Made by a program: the position numbers and the translations under genes. This document shows positions 33,223-47,199 of a DNA stretch of 64,000 bases, in pieces. Under the pieces are notes generated by a model. It had not been told where the DNA came from. It saw only the letters and a list, made by a program, of their open reading frames with translations, and did no database searches. Position 1 is the first letter of the stretch; every line of letters starts with the position of its first letter. This DNA is from Nitrospinaceae bacterium (lineage in GTDB: Bacteria > Nitrospinota > Nitrospinia > Nitrospinales > Nitrospinaceae), in the NCBI GenBank assembly GCA_965223665.1, contig OZ245011.1, forward strand, positions 864,001-928,000. Reading direction: 5' to 3'.

Positions 33223-33588
33223 ATGGCAAAGATTTTAATTGTTGAAGACCACGAAGCCACTAGAAGAACTTTGATTAAACGGTTGTCCAAAGCCGGCCAT
33301 GAAGTTGAAGGCGCAGATTCAGGTATTTTTGGTTTAGAGTTATTAAAAGTAACTGACTTCGACCTGGTGGTTCTGGATTTTATGATGAAAAAAATGAATG
33401 GAATGCAAACGTTCGAGCAAATGAAAGTTTTAAAACCCTCCATTCCCTATGTCATGCTAACTGCTTATGCTCATGAAGGCATGATCAAACAATTTATGAA
33501 TGAAGGCGGGGCAGACTTTATTGTTAAACCGTTTAAAGAAGATTTAGAAACACGAATTGAAAAAGCTTTAGGCGCTTCTGAAAATTAA
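33223..33588 (+). CDS. Single-domain response regulator
   Basis: ILIVED, LD..M, LTA, KPF; start moved to MAKIL (33223). Confidence 0.88.
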   Translation: MAKILIVEDHEATRRTLIKRLSKAGHEVEGADSGIFGLELLKVTDFDLVVLDFMMKKMNGMQTFEQMKVLKPSIPYVMLTAYAHEGMIKQFMNEGGADFIVKPFKEDLETRIEKALGASEN

Positions 33589-33777
33589 ACTCTTAAGTAA
33601 AAATTTTATTTGTTAAATTCTGACTTTAATTGTCACATTCATCCAATTAAATCTTTTCTCTTCTAATTTCCCCACCCCATGAATAGTTGATATAATAATC
33701 ATTAGAACTGCCAGGTGTTTATCAAAACTCCTCGCCCACTTTCTAAATACTTAATATAGCTACAATTAAAAATCTCT

Positions 33778-34917
33778 ATGATTGCTTATATCATCCGTAG
33801 ATTTCTATTTATGATTCCTACCCTGGTAGGAATTGTAACAATCACCTTTATTGTCATTCAGTTTGTTCCCGGGGGCCCAATAGATCAAATTAAATCCCTT
33901 TTGCGGGGGCATTCTGGAGTAATGAATGAAGCGGGTGGGATGGCCCTTGATAGCCAAATGGATAAGGCTCAAGAGCTCGACCCTAAGCACATGGAGGCAT
34001 TGAAAAAAGTTTACCATTTAGATCGACCTCTTTGGGAAAGATATCTTCGAACATTTTTATGGTATTCACCTAAAAACAATCAGGGATCATTTGGTGATAG
34101 ATTCTTCAATAGAGAAAACTGGGAAGGATTTTTGGTATTTAAATTCGGAAATTCTTTTTATAGAAATAAATCGGTCCTGGAATTAATAAAAGAAAAACTT
34201 CCTGTTTCTGCCTCATTAGGTGTTACCAGTTTTTTTCTCACTTATATCATTTGTATTATTCTAGGAATTGCTAAAGCTGTTCGTAGTGGAAGCAAGTTTG
34301 ATACTGCTTCCAGTATTCTTGTGTTGATTGGTTATAGTACTCCTGGCTTTGTTCTCGGAATTTTCTTTATTGTTTTTTTTGGTCCCGGAGACAAAGCCAT
34401 TGCACACCTGATTCCTCTAACAGGCCTCACTTCAGAAGGTGTCCTCGGTTATGAGACCTGGACTTTTTGGGAAAAGTTCATTGATTATTTACATCATTTA
34501 ATTGCACCATTAATTTGCTTTACCCTGGGAAGTTTTGCCACCTTAACCATGCTCACAAAAAATGCGGTAATTGAGGAAATGCGCAAACAATACGTTATTA
34601 CTGCACGCGCCAAAGGGTTATCTGAGAAAACCGTGCTTTATAAACATATTTTAAAAAATGCCATGATTCCCCTGGTCACAGGTTTTCCAATTGGATTTCT
34701 CGCCATGTTTTTCACAGGATCTTTATTGATCGAACAAATTTTCACGTTAGATGGTTTGGGGTTACTGTCCTATCAGGCAGTCATTCAAAGGGATTATCCC
34801 ATCGTATTAGGAACCTTGTTTATGTTTTCTTTGCTTGCACTTGTCGGCCAACTGTTAACGGATATTTCTTACGTAATCATTGATCGCAGAATATCATTCG
34901 AGGAGTCTCAAGCTTAG
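33778..34917 (+). CDS. yejB: Peptide ABC permease, YejB-like
   Basis: YI.RR...IPTL.GI, PGGP, YVITARAKG, FTGSLLIE.IF.LDGLG. Confidence 0.88.
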   Translation: MIAYIIRRFLFMIPTLVGIVTITFIVIQFVPGGPIDQIKSLLRGHSGVMNEAGGMALDSQMDKAQELDPKHMEALKKVYHLDRPLWERYLRTFLWYSPKNNQGSFGDRFFNRENWEGFLVFKFGNSFYRNKSVLELIKEKLPVSASLGVTSFFLTYIICIILGIAKAVRSGSKFDTASSILVLIGYSTPGFVLGIFFIVFFGPGDKAIAHLIPLTGLTSEGVLGYETWTFWEKFIDYLHHLIAPLICFTLGSFATLTMLTKNAVIEEMRKQYVITARAKGLSEKTVLYKHILKNAMIPLVTGFPIGFLAMFFTGSLLIEQIFTLDGLGLLSYQAVIQRDYPIVLGTLFMFSLLALVGQLLTDISYVIIDRRISFEESQA

Positions 34918-36302
34918 TGGCAAAAGAAAACAACCAAGAATTCAGAATCAAATTTGAAAAATTCAAAAGGGATAAGAGAGCCTACTATAGCTTCCTCATC
35001 CTGGCCCTTGCCTTTTTTATTACCTTACCCGCCGAGCTTCTTTGCAATGTGAAACCCATTTTACTTATATTGGACGGAAAACCTTATTTTCCAATTTTTT
35101 TTAAATATAGCGAAAAAGATTTTGGGGGAACCCAACTGACAGAACCAGACTACAAATCAGCCCAGTTTGAAGGATTATTAAAAGGCGTTGATCCTAAAGC
35201 ATTAGACTTAAAAATGGACACCAGGACAAATAATGAAGGGTTTGATATTTCAATGGACGATTTTGATGACACCGAAGAAACTGGATTAAATTTAGGGTTA
35301 GATGACTTTGAGGATGAAGAAGATCAACCCATAATACAACAAGATATAAAAGTCACAACAAAGGAAAATTCTTTCGAAATTGGATTAGATGATTTTGAAG
35401 AAGAAGGTATATCTATTGATGAATCTGTTTCACCGGAAATACCAAAATCATCTCCTAACCCATCTAATTCGAATATTAAAGAAAACAGAGAGTTTTGGAT
35501 GTTATGGCCTCCTGTCCGTTATGATTATAAATACATTCCCACAGATAGTGTTACAGGGCAAGTTGCCCTTGCAGCTCCTTATAAAACTAAAACCCCAGAC
35601 GGTAAAGTTACCATATCCTCTTCATGGCTGGACGGACATTACTTGGGAACGGATGATAGAGGACGCGATGTATTGGCAAGATTAATATATGGATTTCGAA
35701 TATCACTAATCTTTGGAGTTTCTCTGGCTATAACAGGGACGATGATTGGATGTTTATTGGGAGGAATCCAGGGATTTTTTGGAGGTTGGATAGATTTAAT
35801 TGGTCAAAGATTAACAGAGATATGGGGCTCCATCCCTCGTCTTTATATTTTAATAATTTTGAGCGCGTTCTTGGTCCCTTCCACTCTCCTTCTATTCGCC
35901 ATTTTAAATTTAACCGCCTGGATGGGAATAGCCGCTTATATCAGAGCGGAGTTTTTAAAATCTCGAAACCTGGAATACGTTAAAGCCGCAAGAGCTCTTG
36001 GGGTTTCAAACTTTTCAATTATGCGCAAACATATTTTGCCAAATTCGTTGACTCCTGTAATCACTTTCTTCCCTTTTGAGGTTACCGCAGGAATTTTAGC
36101 CCTAGTGAGTTTGGATTATCTCAATTTGGGAGTGCCCAGTCCCTCTCCTAGTATTGGAGAATTATTGGCGCAAGGAAAAAATAATTTACAGGCAGACTGG
36201 ATTCTCCTTCCAACATTCTTTTTGCTTACGATTACCATTACTTTATTAACGTTTGTAGGGGATGGAATTCGTAATGCATTTGATCCACGTAAATCAGACT
36301 AA
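34917..36302 (+). CDS. yejE: Peptide ABC permease, YejE-like, with a long acidic insertion
   Basis: LGTDDRGRDVLARLIYGFR.S, YVKAARALG, GELLAQGK.NL. Confidence 0.85.
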   Translation: MAKENNQEFRIKFEKFKRDKRAYYSFLILALAFFITLPAELLCNVKPILLILDGKPYFPIFFKYSEKDFGGTQLTEPDYKSAQFEGLLKGVDPKALDLKMDTRTNNEGFDISMDDFDDTEETGLNLGLDDFEDEEDQPIIQQDIKVTTKENSFEIGLDDFEEEGISIDESVSPEIPKSSPNPSNSNIKENREFWMLWPPVRYDYKYIPTDSVTGQVALAAPYKTKTPDGKVTISSSWLDGHYLGTDDRGRDVLARLIYGFRISLIFGVSLAITGTMIGCLLGGIQGFFGGWIDLIGQRLTEIWGSIPRLYILIILSAFLVPSTLLLFAILNLTAWMGIAAYIRAEFLKSRNLEYVKAARALGVSNFSIMRKHILPNSLTPVITFFPFEVTAGILALVSLDYLNLGVPSPSPSIGELLAQGKNNLQADWILLPTFFLLTITITLLTFVGDGIRNAFDPRKSD

Positions 36303-36329
36303 AATCTTTCGGGCAAATGAAATAAATTT

Positions 36330-38339
36330 ATGCTTTTAAGTGTACAAAATTTAAAAACTCATTTTAGAGTTGGCCATAAAAATATTGCAAAAGCAGTTGA
36401 TGGGGTGTCTTTTCAAATTCAGGAAGGCAAAACTTTAGCTTTGGTGGGTGAATCCGGATGTGGCAAATCCCAAACTGCTTTTTCAATAATTAGACTAATT
36501 GCAGAAAATGGGTTTCATCCCTCTGGAAAGATAATTTTTGATAAGAAAGACCTATCTTCCTTTTCGGAATTAGAGATGCAAGAAGTGCGTGGAGATGATA
36601 TCGCAATGATTTTCCAAGAACCTATGACATCTCTTAATCCACTTTATCGAATTGGAAATCAATTACAAGAACCTTTGCGTCTTCACAGAAAAATGCAAAA
36701 AGGTCCCGCCCGTAAAAAAGCAATTGAATTATTGGACAGGGTAGGAATTCCTGACCCAGATAAAAGAATAGATGATTTTCCCCATCAACTTTCGGGAGGA
36801 ATGAAACAACGCGTAATGATTGCCATGGCTTTAGCATGTGAACCCAAATTATTAATTGCGGATGAACCTACAACAGCACTGGATGTAACCATTCAAGCCC
36901 AGGTATTGCGCCTTATTTCAGATCTTCAACAACAAACGGGAATGGCCATTTTACTAATTACTCATGATATGGGAATAGTTAACCAAATGGCAGATGATCT
37001 AGCCATAATGTACGCGGGGAAAATAGTAGAACAAGGTTCTCGGGATCAAATTTTTTCGAAAATGCTTCATCCTTATACTCATAGACTATTCGATTCAATC
37101 CCTAAACCGGAAGACACAGGGTATTTATTAAAAACAATTCCTGGTCTCGTACCTCCAGCCACAGATTACGGCAGTGGTTGTCTATTTGCGGATAGATGCG
37201 AGTTTTCAATGGATCATTGTCACAATCAAGATAGTCCTGTCTATTCAAGAGATAAAGGACACGATGTACGTTGTCACTTGTACAAGGATTCTGAATTCCC
37301 GGATTTGGAACAAAATAACAACAAACTTTCAGCACCCCAAAAAACCATTAGTTCCGAAAACCTTTTGACAGTAAAAGAATTAAAAACCTGGTTTCCGGTT
37401 CACAAAGGCGTTTTCAGAAGAGTTGTGGGTCATGTAAAAGCCGTAGACGGAATTGATATGGAAGTAAAAACAGGGAGCACCATAGCTCTAGTTGGAGAAT
37501 CTGGATGTGGAAAAACCACCTTGGGAGAATCCCTCCTTCGCTTGAATAAAGAAACTAAGGGAATTGTTACCTTTAAAAATCAAAATCTTTTAGATTTGCC
37601 TTCGGATGAAATCAAGAAAATAAGAAAACACTTGCAAATAGTTTTTCAAGACCCATTTGGTTCTTTATCGCCAAGGATGAGAGTTCAAGAGATTATTGGT
37701 GAAGGTTTGGAGGTCCATATTCCAAAAATTTCAGATCAGGAAAAATCTCAAAAAGTAAGTTTAGTACTTCAAGAAGTTGGCCTTGACCCTTCAGTAGCAA
37801 ATCGCTACCCCCATGAGTTCTCTGGGGGTCAAAGACAACGGATCAGCATTGCCCGCGCTCTAATTTTAGAACCTGAATTTTTAGTACTAGATGAGCCAAC
37901 AAGTGCTTTAGATGTTTCAGTTCAGGCTCAGGTTTTAAATCTACTTCAACAAATACAATCAAAAAGAAAACTAACTTATATGTTTATTACCCATAACTTA
38001 AGTGTTGTGAGGTATCTAGCCGATAAAGTTGCGATCATGTATTTAGGACGGGTAGTTGAATATGCAGAGGCCAAGGATTTATTTAGTAAACCTCTTCACC
38101 CCTATACCCAATCGTTGATTGAAGCCATTCCCTCATTAGGAGATCGAACACCTTTTAAGTCTATTACTGGAGATGTCCCCTCCCCCTTGAACCCACCTCA
38201 AGGCTGTCATTTCCATCCTAGATGTCCTATTTTCCAAAATGAATCAAAGGGTTCCAATTTACAAAAAAAATGCTTAAATGAATATCCAGGGAAGACTTAT
38301 AAAGGGGAAGGATTTGTTGCTTGCCACGCGGAACAATAA
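36330..38339 (+). CDS. Fused double ABC ATPase of the peptide transporter (YejF/OppD-OppF-like)
   Basis: Two GESGCGK Walker A motifs, LSGG/FSGG signatures, two HPYT + Cys C-terminal extensions. Confidence 0.9.
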   Translation: MLLSVQNLKTHFRVGHKNIAKAVDGVSFQIQEGKTLALVGESGCGKSQTAFSIIRLIAENGFHPSGKIIFDKKDLSSFSELEMQEVRGDDIAMIFQEPMTSLNPLYRIGNQLQEPLRLHRKMQKGPARKKAIELLDRVGIPDPDKRIDDFPHQLSGGMKQRVMIAMALACEPKLLIADEPTTALDVTIQAQVLRLISDLQQQTGMAILLITHDMGIVNQMADDLAIMYAGKIVEQGSRDQIFSKMLHPYTHRLFDSIPKPEDTGYLLKTIPGLVPPATDYGSGCLFADRCEFSMDHCHNQDSPVYSRDKGHDVRCHLYKDSEFPDLEQNNNKLSAPQKTISSENLLTVKELKTWFPVHKGVFRRVVGHVKAVDGIDMEVKTGSTIALVGESGCGKTTLGESLLRLNKETKGIVTFKNQNLLDLPSDEIKKIRKHLQIVFQDPFGSLSPRMRVQEIIGEGLEVHIPKISDQEKSQKVSLVLQEVGLDPSVANRYPHEFSGGQRQRISIARALILEPEFLVLDEPTSALDVSVQAQVLNLLQQIQSKRKLTYMFITHNLSVVRYLADKVAIMYLGRVVEYAEAKDLFSKPLHPYTQSLIEAIPSLGDRTPFKSITGDVPSPLNPPQGCHFHPRCPIFQNESKGSNLQKKCLNEYPGKTYKGEGFVACHAEQ

Positions 38340-38668
38340 AATCTATTAAGTAGACAGATTTTAAAGTTTTAACTTCGATTAATGAGCTTTACTTTCAGAT
38401 ATAAAGTAAAAAATAACTCCGATTATTGCAACTCCGCCAAGTCCATACAAAAGTAAGCATGTTAAATTAATATCCATAATTGAACTCTAGTAAGGGTTTA
38501 AATTGGGAGGAAATATAGCACTTCTTTACCCTATTAATCAATATATATTCCCCAAATTCGATTGTTTAATTAGAATCTACATCTATCTAAAAATAATCTA
38601 AATAAATAAAAGAATATTTTTCTTTCAAAAATATCGAATAAACCAAACCTTAGATAATTGAGTCCTTT

Positions 38669-39535
38669 ATGAAAATTCTTTATCCATTCGCAAAAAGATT
38701 TATTGCCGGTGATAACCTAACCAAAGCCCTACCTAATATAAAGTCACTGCACCAAAGTGGTTATTTTTCCACCGTTGATGTATTGGGAGAAAATGTCCAT
38801 ACAAAAGATCAAATTCAAGTGGCTAAACAAGAATATTTAGATTTAATTGTTGCGATGGAAAGTTTAAAGGTTCCCTTTGACCTTTCTATTAAACTTACGC
38901 AAATGGGATTAAATATTGATTATCAATTATGCAAAAGTAATGTCGAAGAAATCCTTAAAAAGGCAGGGGAAAATACCATCCGCTTCGATATGGAAGGATC
39001 AGATTGCACAGAAAGAACGATTCAAATGGGGTTAGATCTTCAACCATCCTACTCTAATTTAGGTCTTGTGTTACAGGCTTATCTTTTAAGAACTCAAAAA
39101 GATATTGAATCGGTAATTGATAATAAAATTTCGACTCGACTTTGCAAAGGAGCTTATAAAGAGCCATCTGATATTGCGTTTCAACAAATGGATAAAATTC
39201 AAAATAATTTTTTGAACCTAGCTTATAAATTGTTAAAAGAGGGTAATCTACCCGCAATCGCCACCCATGACGAACTTATAATTAAAAAAATCATAAAATT
39301 TATTCAGAAAGAAAAAATAAACTCTGATTCATTTTATTTTGAACTACTTTATGGTGTAAGAAGAGATTTACAAAAGGCTCTTTTAGAAAAGAATTACCAG
39401 GTTCGAATTTATGTACCTTATGGAAAGTCTTGGCTGCCTTACACTTTAAGGCGTTTAGCGGAAAGAAAAGAAAATATATTTTTTGTGATTAAAAACTTAA
39501 TAAAAGAAACCCTTGGATTAGGAAAAGTAAATTAA
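38669..39535 (+). CDS. Monofunctional proline dehydrogenase
   Basis: RFIAG, SIKLTQ.GL, DME, RLCKGAY.E, ATHD, Y..RRLAER. Confidence 0.92.
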   Translation: MKILYPFAKRFIAGDNLTKALPNIKSLHQSGYFSTVDVLGENVHTKDQIQVAKQEYLDLIVAMESLKVPFDLSIKLTQMGLNIDYQLCKSNVEEILKKAGENTIRFDMEGSDCTERTIQMGLDLQPSYSNLGLVLQAYLLRTQKDIESVIDNKISTRLCKGAYKEPSDIAFQQMDKIQNNFLNLAYKLLKEGNLPAIATHDELIIKKIIKFIQKEKINSDSFYFELLYGVRRDLQKALLEKNYQVRIYVPYGKSWLPYTLRRLAERKENIFFVIKNLIKETLGLGKVN

Positions 39536-39555
39536 GGTAAAAATAATTTCAACAA

Positions 39556-40431
39556 TCAAATCCCCGCTAATTGAGCCTGTCTATCGGCTAGGTAAGAACT
39601 ACGAATTAAAGGACCAGATTCTACATGTAAGAATCCCATAGAAACACCAATTTCTTTATATTCCTGAAAAACATCCGGATGAATATAATTGACCACCTTG
39701 GCATGACTAAGGGAAGGTTGCAAATATTGACCAAGAGTTAATATTTGACATCCTGTATCTAATAGGTCTTTCATAGTCTGAATAACCTCGTCTTTCTTTT
39801 CACCATGTCCCAACATCAAACCACTTTTTGTAGGCAAATGAAACTTTTTTGAAGCCAAAGATAATGTTTTTAACGACCACTGATAATCACATTGTGGCCG
39901 AATTGATTTTTGAAGCGAAAAAACCGTCTCAATATTATGAGATAAAATATCTGGTTTAGCCGTACATACATTAGCAATTAATTTCTCTTCTCCCTTAAAG
40001 TCAGGAATTAGCGCCTCAATTTTTAATTCAGGTTTTTTTTGACGGATTTTTGTTATTGTTTGTGCCCATATACTCGATCCTCCGTCTTCAAGATCGTCTC
40101 TATCCACAGAAGTAATTACTACATATTTTAAATTCAAATACCCCAACATATCGGCCACATTATAGGGTTCATCCCAATCAATAGGCTTCAATGAACCTGT
40201 AGGAACATCACAAAATCGACAAGCCCGTGAGCAAGTGTCCCCTAAAATCATTATTGTAAGCGTTCCAGAATCCCAACATTTCCCAATATTCGGACAGGAA
40301 GCAGATTCGCAAACTGTATTCAAACCATATTTATGTAGAAGCGAGCGGAGTCTGAAAAACTCCGCCTCCTTGGGTAAAGTTGTTTTTAACCAAGGTGGTT
40401 TATTTCCATCTTTTATCGAAAATCCAGACAA
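39556..40431 (-). CDS. lipA: Lipoyl synthase
   Basis: KPPWL, CESASCPNIGKC, CSRACRFC, RSSY. Confidence 0.96.
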   Translation of the reverse strand: MSGFSIKDGNKPPWLKTTLPKEAEFFRLRSLLHKYGLNTVCESASCPNIGKCWDSGTLTIMILGDTCSRACRFCDVPTGSLKPIDWDEPYNVADMLGYLNLKYVVITSVDRDDLEDGGSSIWAQTITKIRQKKPELKIEALIPDFKGEEKLIANVCTAKPDILSHNIETVFSLQKSIRPQCDYQWSLKTLSLASKKFHLPTKSGLMLGHGEKKDEVIQTMKDLLDTGCQILTLGQYLQPSLSHAKVVNYIHPDVFQEYKEIGVSMGFLHVESGPLIRSSYLADRQAQLAGI

Positions 40432-40549
40432 CAGGTTTTTCCTTTTTTACTAAATTAATTCAAGTATAATTATTAAATAATGCATTTCTGTCCTCTAAAA
40501 CTACCATTCCTTAAAACCAAATTATCTAAAAACAATATTAGCAATATTA

Positions 40550-41731
40550 ATGAAAATCATCCACAAATACATTTTTAAAGAGCTTCTCAAAATTTTTATT
40601 TTAAGCTCCATGTTTCTAACCCTCATATTGTTTGTGGATAAAATCTTATTTTTAACGGAAATGGTAATCAATCGAGGAGTTACCTTTTGGGAAGTCGTTC
40701 AGATGATGTTTTTTATTTCTCCAGTTTTTATGGGAATCACTATTCCCATCAGCGTTTTATTATCTGTTGTTGTAGTGTTTAATCAACTATCTGCAGATAA
40801 TGAATTTGTTGTTATGAAAGCCAGTGGCTGGAGTTTTATGTATATGATGAGACCTGTATTATTATTTTCATTGGTTGCTTATATTTTGACTAATGTCGTG
40901 GTGTTTTATTTACTTCCTTGGGGAAATCAATCCTTCAAGGAATTGGTATATAAAATTATTGAAACTCGAGCTAATGTAGACATAAAACCTCAGGTTTTTA
41001 ATAGAGACTTTAAGGACCTGGTTATTTTTATCAAAGACAAAACCAGCAGCAATCATTTAAAGGGAGTTTTTATTGCTCAAACAGAATCTAATTCTCAGTC
41101 TAAAATAATTCTTTCTAACGAAGGTATTATAATCAGCGAACCAGATTCATTAAAAATTCGTCTTCAATTAAAATCCGGAACCATACATGAGACCAGCATA
41201 GAAAGTCCAGATTATCAAACTTTAAGTTTTGACAGTTATGATTTAAATCTGGATCTCCCTAGCGCAGAAGAATTGAAAAAAAAAGGATTTATTAAACCTA
41301 GAGAAATGTCTCCCACCGCTCTCCTCAAAAGAATTAATGAAAAAAAAGCGAAGGGCAGAACTGCATTTGTTGAAGAGGTGGAACTTAGTAAAAAATTTTC
41401 TATTCCTATTACTTGCCTTTTATTTGGACTGGTTGGAGCTCCCTTTGGAATAAAATCAAGTCGGTCAGGAAAATCCGGAGGTTTTGTAATTGCCGTAGCA
41501 ATAGTTTTAGTATATTACGTTCTATTAGTATCTATGGAAAATTTGGGAGCTACTGGGCAAATCCCAGCACTATTTTCAGTTTGGGTACCCAATATCTTAT
41601 TAATTTTTTTAACCATTTATGTAAGCTTAAAAACCCAAAAAGAAATTCCTTTTTCATTAATTGAAAAATTAAACAATGGTCTTAATTCTTTAAAAATGAT
41701 TTTTTTAAATCGAAAAAAAAATCGCTTATAA
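40550..41731 (+). CDS. lptF: LPS export permease LptF
   Basis: YI.KE, L..D.E..VMKASG, KKFS.P motifs; TM-periplasmic-TM layout. Confidence 0.82.
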   Translation: MKIIHKYIFKELLKIFILSSMFLTLILFVDKILFLTEMVINRGVTFWEVVQMMFFISPVFMGITIPISVLLSVVVVFNQLSADNEFVVMKASGWSFMYMMRPVLLFSLVAYILTNVVVFYLLPWGNQSFKELVYKIIETRANVDIKPQVFNRDFKDLVIFIKDKTSSNHLKGVFIAQTESNSQSKIILSNEGIIISEPDSLKIRLQLKSGTIHETSIESPDYQTLSFDSYDLNLDLPSAEELKKKGFIKPREMSPTALLKRINEKKAKGRTAFVEEVELSKKFSIPITCLLFGLVGAPFGIKSSRSGKSGGFVIAVAIVLVYYVLLVSMENLGATGQIPALFSVWVPNILLIFLTIYVSLKTQKEIPFSLIEKLNNGLNSLKMIFLNRKKNRL

Positions 41732-41788
41732 TGCCCTAATTTCAATCAAAATTTAATCAAACAAGTTATTATCCCAATATAACCTTTT

Positions 41789-42766
41789 ATGACTACAGCA
41801 ATTTCTAAAGAATTGAATCAGTGTAATTTATGTGGTTCAAAAGAATATAAACTCCTGTCCCAATTAAGCCGGGATAGTAAAAATTTAAAAACGGTTATCT
41901 GCTGTCAATGTGGCTTGGTCTATAGCAATCCGTTTCCTATTGATCCGTTTATTTACTACCAAAAAGAATATCGTATTAGTTACAAAGGAGTGTATCAACC
42001 CAGATTGAAACATATTTACAGGGCAGCCCAAATTGCCGCCCAACGAATAAATTCCATTAAAAAATATTTGACCCCCAATAATAAAATTTTGGATATTGGT
42101 TCGGGTGGCGGAGAGTTTATTTTTTTATTAAAAAATTTAGGATTTGATGTTACAGGAATCGAACCACATGAAGGGTATGCAAACTTTTCCAAAAATGAAT
42201 ATTCATTAAATATAAGGAATTGTTTTCTTCAAAATGCCGAGTTTTCTAACAGCACTTTTAATTTGATAACAATGTGGCATGTATTCGAACATACTGATGA
42301 TCCTATAAATGTCCTAAAAAAAATAAATTCATGGATTTGCGCGGACGGTTATCTGGCAATCGAAGTTCCCAACGTTGAAGCAATTTGCCAAACCCCCAAA
42401 AATACTTTTCATACAGCCCATTTATTTAATTTTAATAAAACCTCATTAAACAAAATGGCTGAATTGGCAGGTTATGAAAAAGTTCATGAGTTTTTTTCAG
42501 AAGACAAAGGAAACATTACTCAGATTTTCAAAAAAACCAATGCTCCAATAAAAAATAAAACAGCGGGATTGGAAGAAAATTACCAGCGAATTAATAGAAT
42601 CGTAACCAATCACACACGTTTAAAGTACATTTTTTCTATTTACCCCTATTCAAGATTAATAAATAAATTCATCCGTTCGGTAAAAGAAAAATATATTTCA
42701 AATAAATATTCGAATGGGAAAGAAATACTCAATGATGTATTATCTTCTATAAAACAACATTACTAA
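41789..42766 (+). CDS. Class I SAM-dependent methyltransferase with N-terminal Cys/Zn motif
   Basis: CNLCG...CCQCG, ILDIGSG.G, WHVFEH. Confidence 0.85.
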   Translation: MTTAISKELNQCNLCGSKEYKLLSQLSRDSKNLKTVICCQCGLVYSNPFPIDPFIYYQKEYRISYKGVYQPRLKHIYRAAQIAAQRINSIKKYLTPNNKILDIGSGGGEFIFLLKNLGFDVTGIEPHEGYANFSKNEYSLNIRNCFLQNAEFSNSTFNLITMWHVFEHTDDPINVLKKINSWICADGYLAIEVPNVEAICQTPKNTFHTAHLFNFNKTSLNKMAELAGYEKVHEFFSEDKGNITQIFKKTNAPIKNKTAGLEENYQRINRIVTNHTRLKYIFSIYPYSRLINKFIRSVKEKYISNKYSNGKEILNDVLSSIKQHY

Positions 42767-42814
42767 AACTTTAAAAATGCAAGTTAACCTTTCAACTTAT
42801 AACCCAATCGAAAA

Positions 42815-43267
42815 ATGCTATTAGCCAAAGATGTAATGTCCACAGATGTAATAACGGTTAAAAAAGATTTATCGCTTCGTGATCTTTCCAACAAATTTAT
42901 AGAACACCAAGTAAATGGATTTCCAGTTGTAAATGATGAAGGAAAATTAATAGGTATGGTTACTGAAAATGACTTAATCGAGCAAAATAAGAATCTTCAT
43001 ATTCCTACGGTCATTGCACTTTTCGATGGAGTTTTTTATTTGGAAAGTGAAAAAAAATTTGAAAAGGAAGTTCAGAAACTTTCAGCAACTACTGTAAATG
43101 ATATATTTAATTCAAAAGTAATCACAACAACTTCAGACGCTTCTCTTTCCCAAGTAGCTACACTTATGGCGGAAAATAATGTCCACACAATCCCTGTAGT
43201 AGAATCAGATAACTTACTCGGGGTCATTGGGAAAGTTGATATAATCCGAGGAATGGCGCAAGAATAA
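42815..43267 (+). CDS. CBS-domain pair protein
   Basis: DVM...VITV, PVV...G.L.G.VT..D repeated twice. Confidence 0.9.
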   Translation: MLLAKDVMSTDVITVKKDLSLRDLSNKFIEHQVNGFPVVNDEGKLIGMVTENDLIEQNKNLHIPTVIALFDGVFYLESEKKFEKEVQKLSATTVNDIFNSKVITTTSDASLSQVATLMAENNVHTIPVVESDNLLGVIGKVDIIRGMAQE

Positions 43268-43357
43268 AATTTTCTACTTTCTTTTCGATCCTAATCCATC
43301 ATAAAATTAGAGGAATTTGGTTGATCAACTACAAATTGAAGACCGGGAGGTGTCACC

Positions 43358-46907
<3,550 letters not shown>

Positions 46908-47199
46908 GAGGGAATCTCTCAGATCTTTTAATCAATAAAAACAGCGAATTAAAATTTATCCTTTGGGAAAAATTTGATTTCGATAACTGTCTGGGTAGCA
47001 TTTTAAATGTTTGTAGAATCAATATTGGTGATCTAAGGTTGGCCAACTTTTCCAATATTAATCTCCTAGCCAACTTAAGTCAAGGTGTACTCACAAGGAT
47101 GAAACCATTAAATTTTTTTAAATTTGAGTGTATTAATTTTTTGGTGTTTTATAAAAGTCTTAAAAGATTGACTTTAATGCATTGTGTTAGAATCCTAAC

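Noticed and set aside
33688-33708. Fur-box-like ATAATCATTA before yejB
   Set aside because: About 12/19 match in AT-rich DNA and overlaps a TATAAT -10-like element
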